A stretch of 64,000 nucleotides of DNA from an uncultured delta proteobacterium (GCA_963821605.1 CAWGEZ010000033.1:9645-73644), one strand, 5' to 3'; shown: positions 8,959 to 20,060, counted from the stretch's first letter. Made by a program: numbers and translations. The notes: a model not told the origin generated them from the sequence alone.

Positions 8959-11175
8959 ATGGCGAAGAAATCACTATTAATCGTTGAGTCACCGACAAAG
9001 GTGAAGACACTTTCAAAGTTTCTGGGAAAGGACTTTACCATTAAAGCTACCTTCGGCCACATCAAAGATTTGCCGAAGAGCAAGATGGGAGTGGACGTAG
9101 ATGACGACTTCAAACCTCACTTCGGGCTGATCAAGGGCAAGTCGAAGGTCGTCGACGCGCTCAAGAAAGCAGGCGCAGAGGCTGACAGGATATATATCGG
9201 CTCAGACCCTGACAGGGAAGGTGAGGCGATTGCGTTTCACGTGGCTGAGGTGATAGGCAAAAAGAAACCGGTCAAGAGAGTGCTCTTCAATGAGATCACG
9301 AAGAAGGCGGTGGTCGAAGCCTTAAAATCTCCTCAGGAATTGGATGAATCAAAATATGACGCTCAAAAAACCCGGCGCATACTTGATCGTCTCGTGGGCT
9401 ACCAGATCAGCCCCCTGTTGTGGGAGAGGGTGAAGTACGGCCTTTCCGCCGGAAGAGTGCAGTCCGTGGCACTGAAGCTCGTCTGCGAGCGCCAGGACGA
9501 GATTGATGCATTTGTTAAAGAGGAATACTGGACGATAGAGGGTACGTTCAAACTTCCGTCAGGGGATACCTTTGACGCAAAACTGGAGAAGATTGCTGAC
9601 GCAAAAGTAAAGATACCATCCAAGCACGAGGCTGATAAGCTGAAGGCCGAAGCGACCGGCAAGTCCTATGCGCTCACCAGGATTGAAGAAAAAGAGCGTG
9701 CGATCATGCCGCAGCCTGTTTTCAAGACAAGCAGCCTGCAGCAGGACGCCTCCGGAAAGCTCCGGTTCTCACCATCGAAGACCATGCTCATCGCGCAGAA
9801 GTTGTATGAGGGCGTTGACCTCGGCGAGGGCACGACAACGGGTCTGATCACGTACATGAGGACCGATTCGGTGCGGGTAGCCGATGAGGCCTTGAAAGCC
9901 GTGCGAACGCTTATTGGGGAGCAGTTCGGACCCGGGTATGTACCTGAGAAACCGAATTTCTTCAAAAATAGCCGGGCTGCCCAGGATGCCCACGAAGGTA
10001 TCCGGCCGACCGATGTGATGCTCGACCCGGAAAGAGTGAAGCCATACCTGGAAAAGGATCTTTTCTCACTCTACTCTTTGATATGGAAGCGATTTGTAGC
10101 ATCTCAGATGGCGCGACTCAGGCTCCAGCTCAAGGTCGTGGATGTGACGGGCGGAGATTACGTTTTCGTGGCCAGGGGCTCCACCGTGCTGTTTGACGGC
10201 TTTACGAAGCTTTACGAAGAAGAGAAGTCGGAGGACGAGGAGAGCAAGAGCCTCCCGCCCATGCGTGAGGGTGAGTCGGCAAGCCTCATTGATCTGAAGG
10301 GCCATCAGCACTTCACGAATCCCCCTCCCTACTACAATGAGGCATCGCTAATCAAAACGCTGGAGGCGAAGGGCATAGGCAGACCTTCCACGTATGCCGC
10401 GACAGTGGGCACGATTCAGGAGAGAGAATACGTGCGAAGAGACCGGGGAAGACTCATGGTCACCCCATTGGGGAGGACGGTCAATGGTCTCCTCACCGAT
10501 TCGTTCCCGAGGATTATCGATTATGACTTCACCGCAAAGATGGAAGAAGGGCTTGATCAGATCGAGGAAAAGGAAAAGGATTGGGTCGCTGAGCTGAACG
10601 AATTCTATGCAGTATTTAAGGAAGAGATGTCTGCGGCAAAGCAGAAGATGAAGAATCTGAAAAAAGAGGAGCGGCCGACCGACATTATCTGCGACGCGTG
10701 CGGGAAACCGATGGTGCTTCGATGGGGTAGAAACGGCGAGTACCTTGTGTGCAGCGGCCGCCCGGAATGCAAGAATAAGAAGAACGTGGAAGTTGACAAG
10801 GACGGCAAGATCACGGTGTTGGAAGAAATCGTTCCACGGGGTCTGTCCGACATGCGGCGGTAACCTTGTCGAAAAGACAGGGAGGTTCGGCAGGTTTATC
10901 GCGTGAGCAACTATCCCGACGTGCAAATTCACGAAGACCTGTTTCTCTTGGATTTCAGTGTCCTCTTGACGGTTGCACCGGTGAGCTCGTGGAGCGGCGT
11001 CTCGAAGAAGAAGAGGAAGTTCTATGGGTGCAGCCGGTATCCTGAGTGCACGTTTACCACGAGCTCAACGCCAAAAGAGGGCGAGTGCCCGAGCTGCGGG
11101 GCTCCGGTCGTGTTCGGCTCCAGGGGAAGGACATTCTGTCTACGGAAGGACTGCGGTTGGAAGTCAACGTCATAG
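8959..11175 (+). CDS. topA: DNA topoisomerase I; the C-terminal zinc-ribbon region is broken by several frame changes
   Basis: ORF 8959-10863 carries the Toprim and topoisomerase IA core ([12 protein letters not shown].., [10 protein letters not shown]). Zn-ribbon segments [41 protein letters not shown] and [17 protein letters not shown] are spread over three frames up to 11175. Confidence 0.85.
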
Positions 11176-12449
11176 GCGCTGGTCTTGCCGGGGCGGAAGC
11201 CGCCTATCAGTTGGCGAAAAGAGGCATAGATGTAAGCCTCTACGAGATGAGACCGCACCGCACCACGCCTGCCCATAAGACAGGCGACTTTGCTGAACTC
11301 GTCTGCAGCAACTCCCTTAAGTCAAAGGAACTGACAAACGCCCACGGGCTTCTGAAGGAGGAACTTCGCCTTCTCGATTCTCTCATCATGAGGGCAGCGG
11401 ACAGGACGGCGATCCCCGGAGGCAAGGCGCTGGTGGTCGACAGGACCCAATTCTCGGCGCCGAGTCAGCGACGCGATTCTGTCCGAGAAACGCGTCCGGG
11501 TCGTAAGGGAAGAGGTAGACGAGATTTCGGATGGTGTGAACATCATCGCCACGGGCCCGCTGACGAGTGAGGCCCTGTCGGGGAGCATCAAGGCGCTCAC
11601 AGGAGCAGGAAAATCTCCATTTTTTTGATGCGATATCGCCGATTGTTGATGGCGCGTCAATCAATATGGAGCACGCTTTTTTCGGCTCACGATACATGGA
11701 TGATGCCGATGATTACCTGAACTGTCCGCTCACCGAAGCCGAATACAACAGATTCTACGATGAGCTTCTTGCGGCGCGGCGCGTGGACTTGAGAGCATTC
11801 GAAGATACGCAGTACTTTGAAGGATGCCTTCCCGTAGAGGTTATGGCAGAGCGTGGAAGACAGACCCTCGCTTACGGGCCGATGAAGCCGGTGGGTATCG
11901 TAGACCCGACGCACAAAGGAGCAGCCTTACGCCATCGTCCAGCTCAGACGCGAGGATCTGGCGGGGCGCATGTATAATCTCGTCGGGTTTCAGACGAAGC
12001 TTACCTATCCTGAACAGGAGAGGGTCTTGCGGCTGATACCCGCTCTCAAGGAAGCGGTCTTTCACCGGTACGGCAGCATCCATCGAAACAGCTTCATCAA
12101 TGGGCCAGACGGTGCTGACAGCGGGTCTTCAGCTGAAGAGCAATCCTTCGGTTTTTTTTGCGGGGCAGATCACGGGTGTGGAAGGTTATGTCGAATCCAC
12201 TGCCATGGGCCTCGTCGCAGCCATCTCTGCGCTCTGCTTCATAAAAGGCAAGCCTTTCGCGCCGCCGCCACCGGAGACCACTGTCGGTGCCTTACTCGCT
12301 TACGTCACCACGCCGCGGAAAGATTTCCAGCCCATGAATGTCAATTTCGGCTTCTTGCGAATTACAACAAGAAGCGCAAGGAAGCCGTTGTTAGGAACGC
12401 CCTTGCCGCAATCGTGGCCTGGAGAGAACAGATCGAAGAGTCGCTCTAG
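11157..12449 (+). pseudogene. trmFO: folate-dependent tRNA (uracil54-C5)-methyltransferase TrmFO/Gid, at least 5 frame changes
   Basis: [31 protein letters not shown] (ORF 11046-11570), HFFDAISPIV..YFEGCLPVEVMAERG (11567-11977), [18 protein letters not shown] (11970-), [19 protein letters not shown] (12100-), and the end ..[18 protein letters not shown] start at 11157 overlaps the topA end. Confidence 0.8.
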
Positions 12450-12470
12450 CGAGCGTAGCGTCCGGGCAGG

Positions 12471-12500
12471 AACCTTAACTCAACCTCAACCTGGTATTAT
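12471..12500. repeat. short 'aggttaagg/ccttaacc' family repeat after trmFO
   Basis: aaccttaactcaacctcaacctggtattatt. Relatives occur at 28217-28248, 39211-39256 and, inverted, 49853-49876. Confidence 0.5.
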
Positions 12501-12599
12501 TTTCTCCTCGTGAATTTGGGCGCGAATTTCGTTGACAAATTCCGTGCGGTTTGTTACTTTAGGAACGAGGTTTTACAATATGAAACGTGGAGGCTAGTT

Positions 12600-13908
12600 A
12601 TGAAATACTGGAATCCTTACACTGAGACGCTGCCACAAGAGCAGCTTGACGCGATCGAGTTTTCTTACTTCAAGGAGTATCTTGCGTACGCCAAGACGCA
12701 TTCGGCCATGTACAGGGAGAAGCTTAAAGACATAAACGTTGGGGACATCAAGACGATGGAGGATGTCCGGAAGATTCCCTTCACGTACAAGGACGAGTTA
12801 CGGGCGCAGCAGGAAAAGGAGCCAAAGAACTTTCCTTACGGTGCTCTCCTTGGCGTTGACATTACCGAGGTCTCTGCCTTCAGGCAGACGAGCGGCACAA
12901 CGGGAAAGCCCGTCTACGTGCCGGAGAGTTATGAAAGCTGGCAGTGGAGGGTCGAGGCGTGGTGCCATATCTTGTGGATGGCCGGTTTCAGGCCGCACCA
13001 TAGGGTTTTTCTCCCTGTCGGTTACAATGTGTACGTCGCTTTCTGGGAATGCCATTACGCGTGCGAGAAGGTCGGCTGCGAGGTTGTCCCTGGAGGAGCG
13101 CTCGACACCAAGGGGAGGGTGAACAAGATCATCGAGATAAAGGCAAACGCCATGGGATGTACCCCTACTTACGGCCTCAACATAGCTGAAGAGGCCATGA
13201 AAATGGGGATCGACCCCAAGACGATGGGCATCGAGCGCATGATATGTGCAGGAGAGCCGCTGCCTGAGGCTACGCGAAAGAGGCTGGAAGAGACTTATGG
13301 CGCTCACGTTTATGATCATATCGGAGGGACCGAGATCTGCGGCTGGGCAGGTATGTGCGAGGAGCAGAAGGGGCTCCATATCATTGAGCCTTTCTTCCTG
13401 ATTGAAATTCTTGACAGGGAGACGCTGTCGAAAGAAGTGGCAGAGGGTGAGATCGGGGTTGTGGTGATCACACCTCTCGGCAGGCACTCTTTCCCGATGG
13501 TACGGTTCAATACCAACGACATGGTCGTTAAGGGGAAAGGCAGGTTGTGCATGCGGCCGGACCTCCAGGAAAATAATGGAGGTTGTGGGAAGGGCCGATG
13601 ATCTCCGGAAGATAAGGGGAGTGCTTTTCTCTCCGAAAACGGTTGAGCAATTCATCAGGGAGGAGTTCCCCGAAGTCGTTGAATTCGAAATCGTTGTTAC
13701 AAGGAAAGGGATCATGGATGAGCTGACCCTTCGGACCGAGCTTCAACCGAATATCGGCAAGGATAAGGCTGAGGAGATCAAAGGAAGGGTCAAAGAGAGG
13801 GCGAAGGTGAAAACGAACCTGACGATGAACGTGACTCTCGAACCCGAAGGGACGTTGCCAAGGTACGATCTTAAGGCAAGGCGATTCAAAGATCTGAGAG
13901 GTAAATAG
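12600..13908 (+). CDS. phenylacetate-CoA ligase family (PaaK-like / F390 synthetase-like) adenylate-forming enzyme (1 frame change near 13535-13540)
   Basis: MKYWNP.. start with a GTGGAGG ribosome-binding site; FRQTSGTTGKPVYV AMP-binding motif. KAGCACGRTSRKIMEVVGRADDLRKIRGV continues in ORF 13576-13908. Confidence 0.75.
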
Positions 13909-13910
13909 TG

Positions 13911-14084
13911 ATGGAAGAGATCAGGAAAGAGATAGCAGCTATAGAGAAGAGCGCGAAGAGACTCAAGGAATTAGCGGCTGATATGCCGGGCATCAAGACG
14001 AATGCCGACATTATACTGACGTTTGTGTTTCTGCTGAAGTTTGTTACGCCTGCGTGGAAAGCAAGAGAGCTTGAGCGGCAATAG
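13911..14084 (+). CDS. possible 57-aa small ORF directly after the ligase gene
   Basis: ATG at 13911 lies 3 nt after the ligase stop. Reads MEEIRKEIAAIEKSAKRLKELAADMPGIKTNADIILTFVFLLKFVTPAWKARELERQ. It is below the ORF-track length cutoff and I recognise no family. Confidence 0.2.
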   Translation: MEEIRKEIAAIEKSAKRLKELAADMPGIKTNADIILTFVFLLKFVTPAWKARELERQ

Positions 14085-14282
14085 ATTTCCGCGGACATAC
14101 CGGGACCCCGCGGTCTTCTTCGGGAACTGAAGTCTATCTAGCCGCCACGGCGCGTCGACTACCGCGAGGTCCCATGAAAAGGGCCGTGGGTGGGCCAGGT
14201 TCCGGCGTCCTGGTACCGCGCAGGGGTGTTGGCTGGCCCCGGTACCCACGCAGCGGGTGGAAGACAACGCGAACCCCTATCT

Positions 14283-15050
14283 ATGGATGAGTCAAAATAC
14301 AGCGTAAAAGTCCTTGAGAAGGTCGTTAAGATACTCAACCTTTACACGTACAACGAGGGATCGTTTACGCTCGATCAGATTGCGAAGAAAGCGGGCCTTT
14401 CCAAGACAACCGCATTTCGCATTTTGAAAACCCTCGAGAAACATGGGATTTTCAAATACAACGAATTAGAAGAGACATACAGCCTGGGACTGAAGCTCAT
14501 GGAACTGGGCGGTATTGTCTATTCCTCTCTCTCCATCCGGAAAGTTGCTTCACCGTATCTCGATGCGCTGTCCCAAGGCTTGAAAGCGACGATACTCTTG
14601 GGCATTATGAAAGACGAACACCTGCTGTATATTGACAAGAGGGAATCGGAGAGCATTATCAGGGTTTCCTCGTACATCGGTCTGAAAAGACCTCCCTATT
14701 ACGGGATGCTGGGCATGACGCTTGTTGCCTATATGTCGCATGACCAGCAGAAGAAGTTGCTGCAGTTATACCCGCCGACCAAGATCACCGATAAGACCGT
14801 AGTTGACGCCGAGGAACTGATGAGGAAGTTCGACCAGACAAGGAAGGCGGGTTACTACGTCGAGCGAGAAGAAGTGATCGACGGGGTCATGGGTGTTGGC
14901 GTTCCCATCAGGGATTTTTCGGGGAATGTTGTTGCCGCCCTCGGCGCGAGTATGCCGGAATTCCAGGTAAACGAAAAGATCACCCGGCGCGCGATCAAGG
15001 AACTCACAACGGCCTCGACATCGATCTCGAAGGAGCTGGGCCACCCCTGA
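14283..15050 (+). CDS. IclR family transcriptional regulator
   Basis: From MDESKYSVKVLEKVVKILN: N-terminal wHTH (LDQIAKKAGLSKTTAFRILKTL) plus a C-terminal IclR effector domain. Confidence 0.85.
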   Translation: MDESKYSVKVLEKVVKILNLYTYNEGSFTLDQIAKKAGLSKTTAFRILKTLEKHGIFKYNELEETYSLGLKLMELGGIVYSSLSIRKVASPYLDALSQGLKATILLGIMKDEHLLYIDKRESESIIRVSSYIGLKRPPYYGMLGMTLVAYMSHDQQKKLLQLYPPTKITDKTVVDAEELMRKFDQTRKAGYYVEREEVIDGVMGVGVPIRDFSGNVVAALGASMPEFQVNEKITRRAIKELTTASTSISKELGHP

Positions 15051-15277
15051 AAACAGGTTGAGGTTCGGTTATTTGCCGAAGGTGTGGAAAAGGTGCAGCT
15101 TGCCACCGGAAAGCGATAACGTGTGGCTCACCCAGAGCCAGCTTTATCTGCGATCAGGTGCAGCCGATTGTTAGGTCATCATTGCCTTCGGCCTCGAACT
15201 TCTTATCTCTGTCACCCTCCCACCATCGGCCGCGGCAGGACATTGTCACGTTATCAACTACCCTTCGATTGACTTGC

Positions 15278-16543
15278 CTATCGTAGCACGTCTCGCCCCC
15301 GTCCTCGCCGACGGAGGAGAAGGCCGCGGAGCACGAGGCCCAGCGCAACCAACCCTGCGCAGATGAGCAGCAGCTCTACCAGCCGGAAGAAGGCATGGTC
15401 CACGACCCCATCCAGGGTCTCACCGGCCTCCACCATCAGTCGCTTGCGCATCTCCTCGATGTTTTCCACGAGTTCCTTCAAGTCGGCCCGCACCGCATCG
15501 CGCAGCGCTGGGCCCGAGCGATCCGCGAGACGCTGGGCCATCGCCTCGACCTCAAGAAGGGTCGCGATGCGTTCTTTCTGTAACCTGTCCAACAACGCGA
15601 GGCGCTCCGCTCGAACAGCGTCCAACAACGTGAGGCGTTCGCCTCGAATAGCATCGAACACAGCCGCTCGCTCGCGCGCCACCAAATCGGGCGCAGTCTC
15701 GGCCACGGTCGCGATCCGGTCCATGGCCCTCGTGAACCGCTCGAACTCGGCGCTCAACGTCCGCGCGTCGACCCCACGTGTCAGGTCGTCCGCAGCCAGC
15801 TCGGCTTCCCAGCGCGCGAGCCGCGGCAGGTACATGGTGTAAAGGTCCATCCGGGTCATTACGTCCGCCGTTGTCTCGTCGAGATTGCCGAGCGCCGCGA
15901 AGACTCCGTCGGCTCCGGACGATGCGAGCAACTCCGCCACCGCGCTATCTATGGACGGCCTGCGGTAGAGCGCCCCTTCGATGGGATGGCCGTCCGCCCA
16001 CCGTCGCACGGCGGACGCGAACTTCTCAGCGAAGGGGCCAGCCTGCACGCTGGCGACGAAGTCGCGGAACTGTCTGTCGACCAGCGCGAGGGCTTCGGAG
16101 GCTCTGTCAGCAGATTGGCCGTACTTGGCCTGCAGGTCCGGTCGCGCGAGCCCGTCCTGGGCCTGGAGCACGCACCCCCACGCGTCGGCGAGGGCCAGCA
16201 CGGGGTCGCTCCGGAGCATCGCGGCGAGGATCGTCGTCGTCATCTCGATCTTCAAGGTCAGGCCTCCCCGTCGCACCGCAGGGTCCGACGTGTTCGCGAT
16301 GATCCGGTCGGCGCTTTCCTCGATGATCCCCAGCATCGGACGGATCAGGGCGCGCACGCGGACCCGGAGTTCCTCCGGGGACATCTCCAGGCCCTTGACG
16401 GCCGAAGTGACCGGGGTGCGCGACTTGCTCTTTGCGAGCAGGTCCGTCCCCGGATGGCAAGGACACGGCGATGACAACGGCCAGCGAAACGGCGAAACGA
16501 CACATGGCAGAGGATCGTCGAAACACGGGGCCCCTTCGCACAA
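15278..16543 (-). CDS. hypothetical alpha-helical protein with a C-terminal transmembrane anchor, on a high-GC patch
   Basis: 421-aa ORF ending FFRLVELLLICAGLVALGLVLRGLLLRRRGRGR. Contains 11-aa repeats (LLDAVRAERLA). A signal-peptide-like MCRFAVSLAVVIAVSLP sits in another frame at about 16500, so the 5' end is uncertain. Confidence 0.5.
   Translation of the reverse strand: MCEGAPCFDDPLPCVVSPFRWPLSSPCPCHPGTDLLAKSKSRTPVTSAVKGLEMSPEELRVRVRALIRPMLGIIEESADRIIANTSDPAVRRGGLTLKIEMTTTILAAMLRSDPVLALADAWGCVLQAQDGLARPDLQAKYGQSADRASEALALVDRQFRDFVASVQAGPFAEKFASAVRRWADGHPIEGALYRRPSIDSAVAELLASSGADGVFAALGNLDETTADVMTRMDLYTMYLPRLARWEAELAADDLTRGVDARTLSAEFERFTRAMDRIATVAETAPDLVARERAAVFDAIRGERLTLLDAVRAERLALLDRLQKERIATLLEVEAMAQRLADRSGPALRDAVRADLKELVENIEEMRKRLMVEAGETLDGVVDHAFFRLVELLLICAGLVALGLVLRGLLLRRRGRGRDVLR
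15587..15652. repeat. 33-nt tandem repeat (2 full units) inside the high-GC ORF
   Basis: gtccaacaacgcgaggcgctccgctcgaacagc (15587-15619) / gtccaacaacgtgaggcgttcgcctcgaatagc (15620-15652). Confidence 0.8.
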
Positions 16544-16642
16544 CGCATAATCCTTCTACTCTGCTACGCCCCTTTCTTGGTCACCCTAGCAGAACTTACG
16601 CTATACCTGGCGCTCAATTCCCACCGGTTTCGGGGTAGGGAC

Positions 16643-17216
<574 letters not shown>

Positions 17217-17373
17217 CTTACAGTCCTCCTTCTAAAATTTAGTAGTGTTGCTAACTACAAGGTAAAAAATGACATTCCGAGCCGGTCGTTAATACCAATG
17301 ATAGGACCGAGGCCATGGTACGTCAATAGGACTTAGGTCCTATACGAGTTTCGAGGAGAGACTGTCGAGAGAT

Positions 17374-17399
17374 GAAAAGCAGTGATCAGTGAATCACTG
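17374..17399 (-). terminator. possible intrinsic terminator after the MscS gene
   Basis: Stem cagtgat/atcactg (17380-17386 / 17393-17399), followed on the reverse strand by CTTTTC. It lies 10 nt downstream of the stop at 17409. Confidence 0.35.
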
Positions 17400-17408
17400 A
17401 AAGAGGCG

Positions 17409-18218
17409 TTAGGAGGGCCGGCCCTCTGGAATCCATGGCGGAGGATACCCTGCCGCCGCGCCAACCTCCGCGATCGCCTTGTTTGTATCAAAAAAGACCT
17501 GCCAATAGTTATTGTTGTGGCAGAAGGGATTGACAGAAAGAACTGGCCCCGCCATGGTAAACTCCACGATCTCAACGTGCGGCGGCGGGTCGGGAATCAC
17601 ATTGGGAATCTGTTTCAGCCGTTCTCTCAGTTTTGCCGCTGCCTCAAAAGGGTCTACCCCGTGGGCAAGCTGTGCTTTCAGATCCACACGACGGAAAGGA
17701 TTGGTTGTATAGTTGATGATATTCTCACTGAGGAGCTTGTTGTTTCCTACGATAACACGCAGGTTGTCCACGGTGTCTACAGTTGTTGCAAAAAGGCCTA
17801 TTTCTTTAACATCACCGGTAACGCCAGCTCCGGTAATCATATCGCCAACCTTAAATGGCCTCAGAATTATCAAAAATGCTCCAGCCGCAAAGTTGGCCAG
17901 GAGGCCCCCCCACGCCATGCCGATGGCGACACCTGCGGCGGCGATGAAGGCAACAAAAGATGTTGTCTCGATGCCGAATACGGCAAGTATTGCGATGACA
18001 AGAACCATCCGTAATACAACGCCGATTGTGGCTTCAAAATATTTTATGAGAGTAGGGTCCAATTTCTGAGCCCCCATTCCTCTTACCAACAGATTTCTGA
18101 TGATTTTAATCGCCCAACTGCCGACAATCCAGAGAACAACTGCACCAATAACTTTCCAGCCGACCGGTATCAGATAAGACACCGTAAACGTGTTAAAACT
18201 TGTTATCCAATCACTCAT
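17409..18218 (-). CDS. mscS: small-conductance mechanosensitive channel (MscS family)
   Basis: 269-aa ORF with three N-terminal TM helices and the conserved pore/beta-domain region AGAFLIILRPFKVGDMI..GDVKEIGLFATTV. Confidence 0.85.
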   Translation of the reverse strand: MSDWITSFNTFTVSYLIPVGWKVIGAVVLWIVGSWAIKIIRNLLVRGMGAQKLDPTLIKYFEATIGVVLRMVLVIAILAVFGIETTSFVAFIAAAGVAIGMAWGGLLANFAAGAFLIILRPFKVGDMITGAGVTGDVKEIGLFATTVDTVDNLRVIVGNNKLLSENIINYTTNPFRRVDLKAQLAHGVDPFEAAAKLRERLKQIPNVIPDPPPHVEIVEFTMAGPVLSVNPFCHNNNYWQVFFDTNKAIAEVGAAAGYPPPWIPEGRPS

Positions 18219-18591
18219 GATAACCTCCCTCGAATATGTTCAGACAGAAAACCAACTATGGCATTGTTCAAAGACCAGGCTGCCTCTTTTAAGATACGGG
18301 CCCTGCAGCACGCCGGGTGTGTCTTCGACTGCGGACTCGATGGGACGTCCATCACGCAAGGTGCGGTTTGTCGCATCACAATCCTTGAAAGGGATGAGGA
18401 TTTCTGTCACTTAAGTGAAGAAAACGCAGGCATGGACATAGACCAAAGGTCGTTTATGAATTGAAGCGCGCCGGTTTTCCCTGGTACGTAAGATAAACGT
18501 ATAGATAAAGGCCCGACGCTCTCGGCATTGTCGTGCTCACGACGAAAGCGAGGTTTATTGAGCGCTGATAACCGGGATCAGCGACAGGCTC

Positions 18592-19417
18592 CTACTTCCC
18601 CCAGCTATACAGCACGCCTGCGCCAAATATAAACTGATCCTTTGAACCCACGGTATCCACTATTGGGCTGTCGGCCGCATCTCCCAGAAGCCGCATGTAG
18701 CGGACACCGCCTGCGATGTGCCAGTTCTGGTTCACGTGGTAAACGATTGCCGGCGTGACGGAAACATCCCTGAACCCCGCGCTGGCATTATAGCGCGGGA
18801 AAGGGGGCGCGGATCGCATCGATGCTGTCTACGCCGAAGTATTTTTCCGTGTACGCACTGTCACCGTACGTACCGCTGAGGGTCAAGCCGATGTCCCATT
18901 CCTTGGCGATAGGTTGCCATCCCCTTACCAGTCCCGTGACGAGCCAGCCATTGTACACACCGCTCATGTCCGCGGTCCATGTCAGCGTGGTGAGGAAACG
19001 CCGCCGCGGGTTGCTCTTGTCGATGCACTCGAACCCTACAAAAGCACCGCCTTCAATCGCGCCATCGATCGTCTCCATCCGGTCAACCCTGGAATTCTGC
19101 ACGCTCGATCGCTCAGGGCGATAATTGAGCACCGGTCCAAAGCGGAACGAGGGATGGTTGATGAGATTGATGGAAAGTTCGGTGCCCCGCAACAGGAGGT
19201 ACTGGTAAGTCCCGGGCAGCGTGTACTTGAGGAATGGAGCGGCGATACCCTTGTACTCTTTGGAACCCAAATAATCGGGCGCGGCTCCCACTAAAACCCC
19301 GACAACCGTCGGGGCGTTGTCAACCTCTATGGCAGACTGTTGAGCGCGTACAACACCGGGAGTCAGGACCAGTACCGCAAACAGAAACAAAAGTGCACTT
19401 TTCACTACATGGTTCAT
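18592..19417 (-). CDS. MipA/OmpV family outer-membrane protein (1 frame change near 18800)
   Basis: MNHVVKSALLFLFAVLVLTPGVVRAQQ signal with a GAGGAGG ribosome-binding site. The body is in ORF 18788-19477. The C-terminal beta-strands ..HIAGGVRYMRLLGDAADSPIV..FIFGAGVLYSW are in ORF 18592-18819. Confidence 0.7.
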
Positions 19418-19790
19418 ATCGTGCCTCCTCTGAAACTTATTTGTGCTCTCGGGCGTTTTGGTAACCATGAGTATCATGGGTATGGATTACCCTCTTGTCA
19501 AAGGTCACGCAACCACAGGGGCCCCAATCGCACACTAGCAGAATAATTATATCACGCTGATCAGTGACCTGCCAAGAAATTAGCTTGCGACATTTATGAG
19601 GATTCCGTTTGAAAGCCTCTATAGAAGGATAGATTCAGGGAATCGTGACTTTAGGAAGTAACGGTCGAGAAAGTCACCCGCGAAGACTCAAGGCCAACTG
19701 CCCACATCCACCCCTAAGCTCGATTCTACGGGGTGCCTACGTGCCGGTGAATTGGGTACGATCAGAACAGTCTTCATATCATATCTCCAT

Positions 19791-19861
19791 AAAAAAGATG
19801 GCAGAGGGGAATGCGGCATAGCGGCGCCGCCCGGGGCCTCGCGGCTCCCGGCCTCTGCCAT
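19791..19861 (-). terminator. GC-rich compound hairpin plus T6 run (reverse strand)
   Basis: 10-bp stem atggcagagg (19798-19807) / cctctgccat (19852-19861), inner ccggg/cccgg pairing, and aaaaaa at 19791-19796 (TTTTTT on the reverse strand). It lies about 200 nt downstream of the DUF2254 stop. Confidence 0.5.
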
Positions 19862-20060
19862 AGGGTGGATGGTCAAAAATAATGCCCACTTACATTCTAG
19901 CCCCGACACTAAGTCACTGCTCCACACGCCGTCTATAGTCGGGCGACCTTCCTCACATGTCCAAGCCTGATTAGACTCCTGGCACAGCCCGCAACACTCC
20001 ACCCAGTCCATCACCCCCCTGATTACTCGGCATTCGGTAACGGTCTCCCTACTGCTCGGT

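Noticed and set aside
15363-16550. Several plus-strand ORFs (159-189 aa, Ser/Arg/Ala/Pro-rich) across the high-GC island
   Set aside because: This is the typical stop-codon-poor opposite strand of high-GC coding DNA. The reverse-strand product has a far more protein-like composition and a terminal TM helix.
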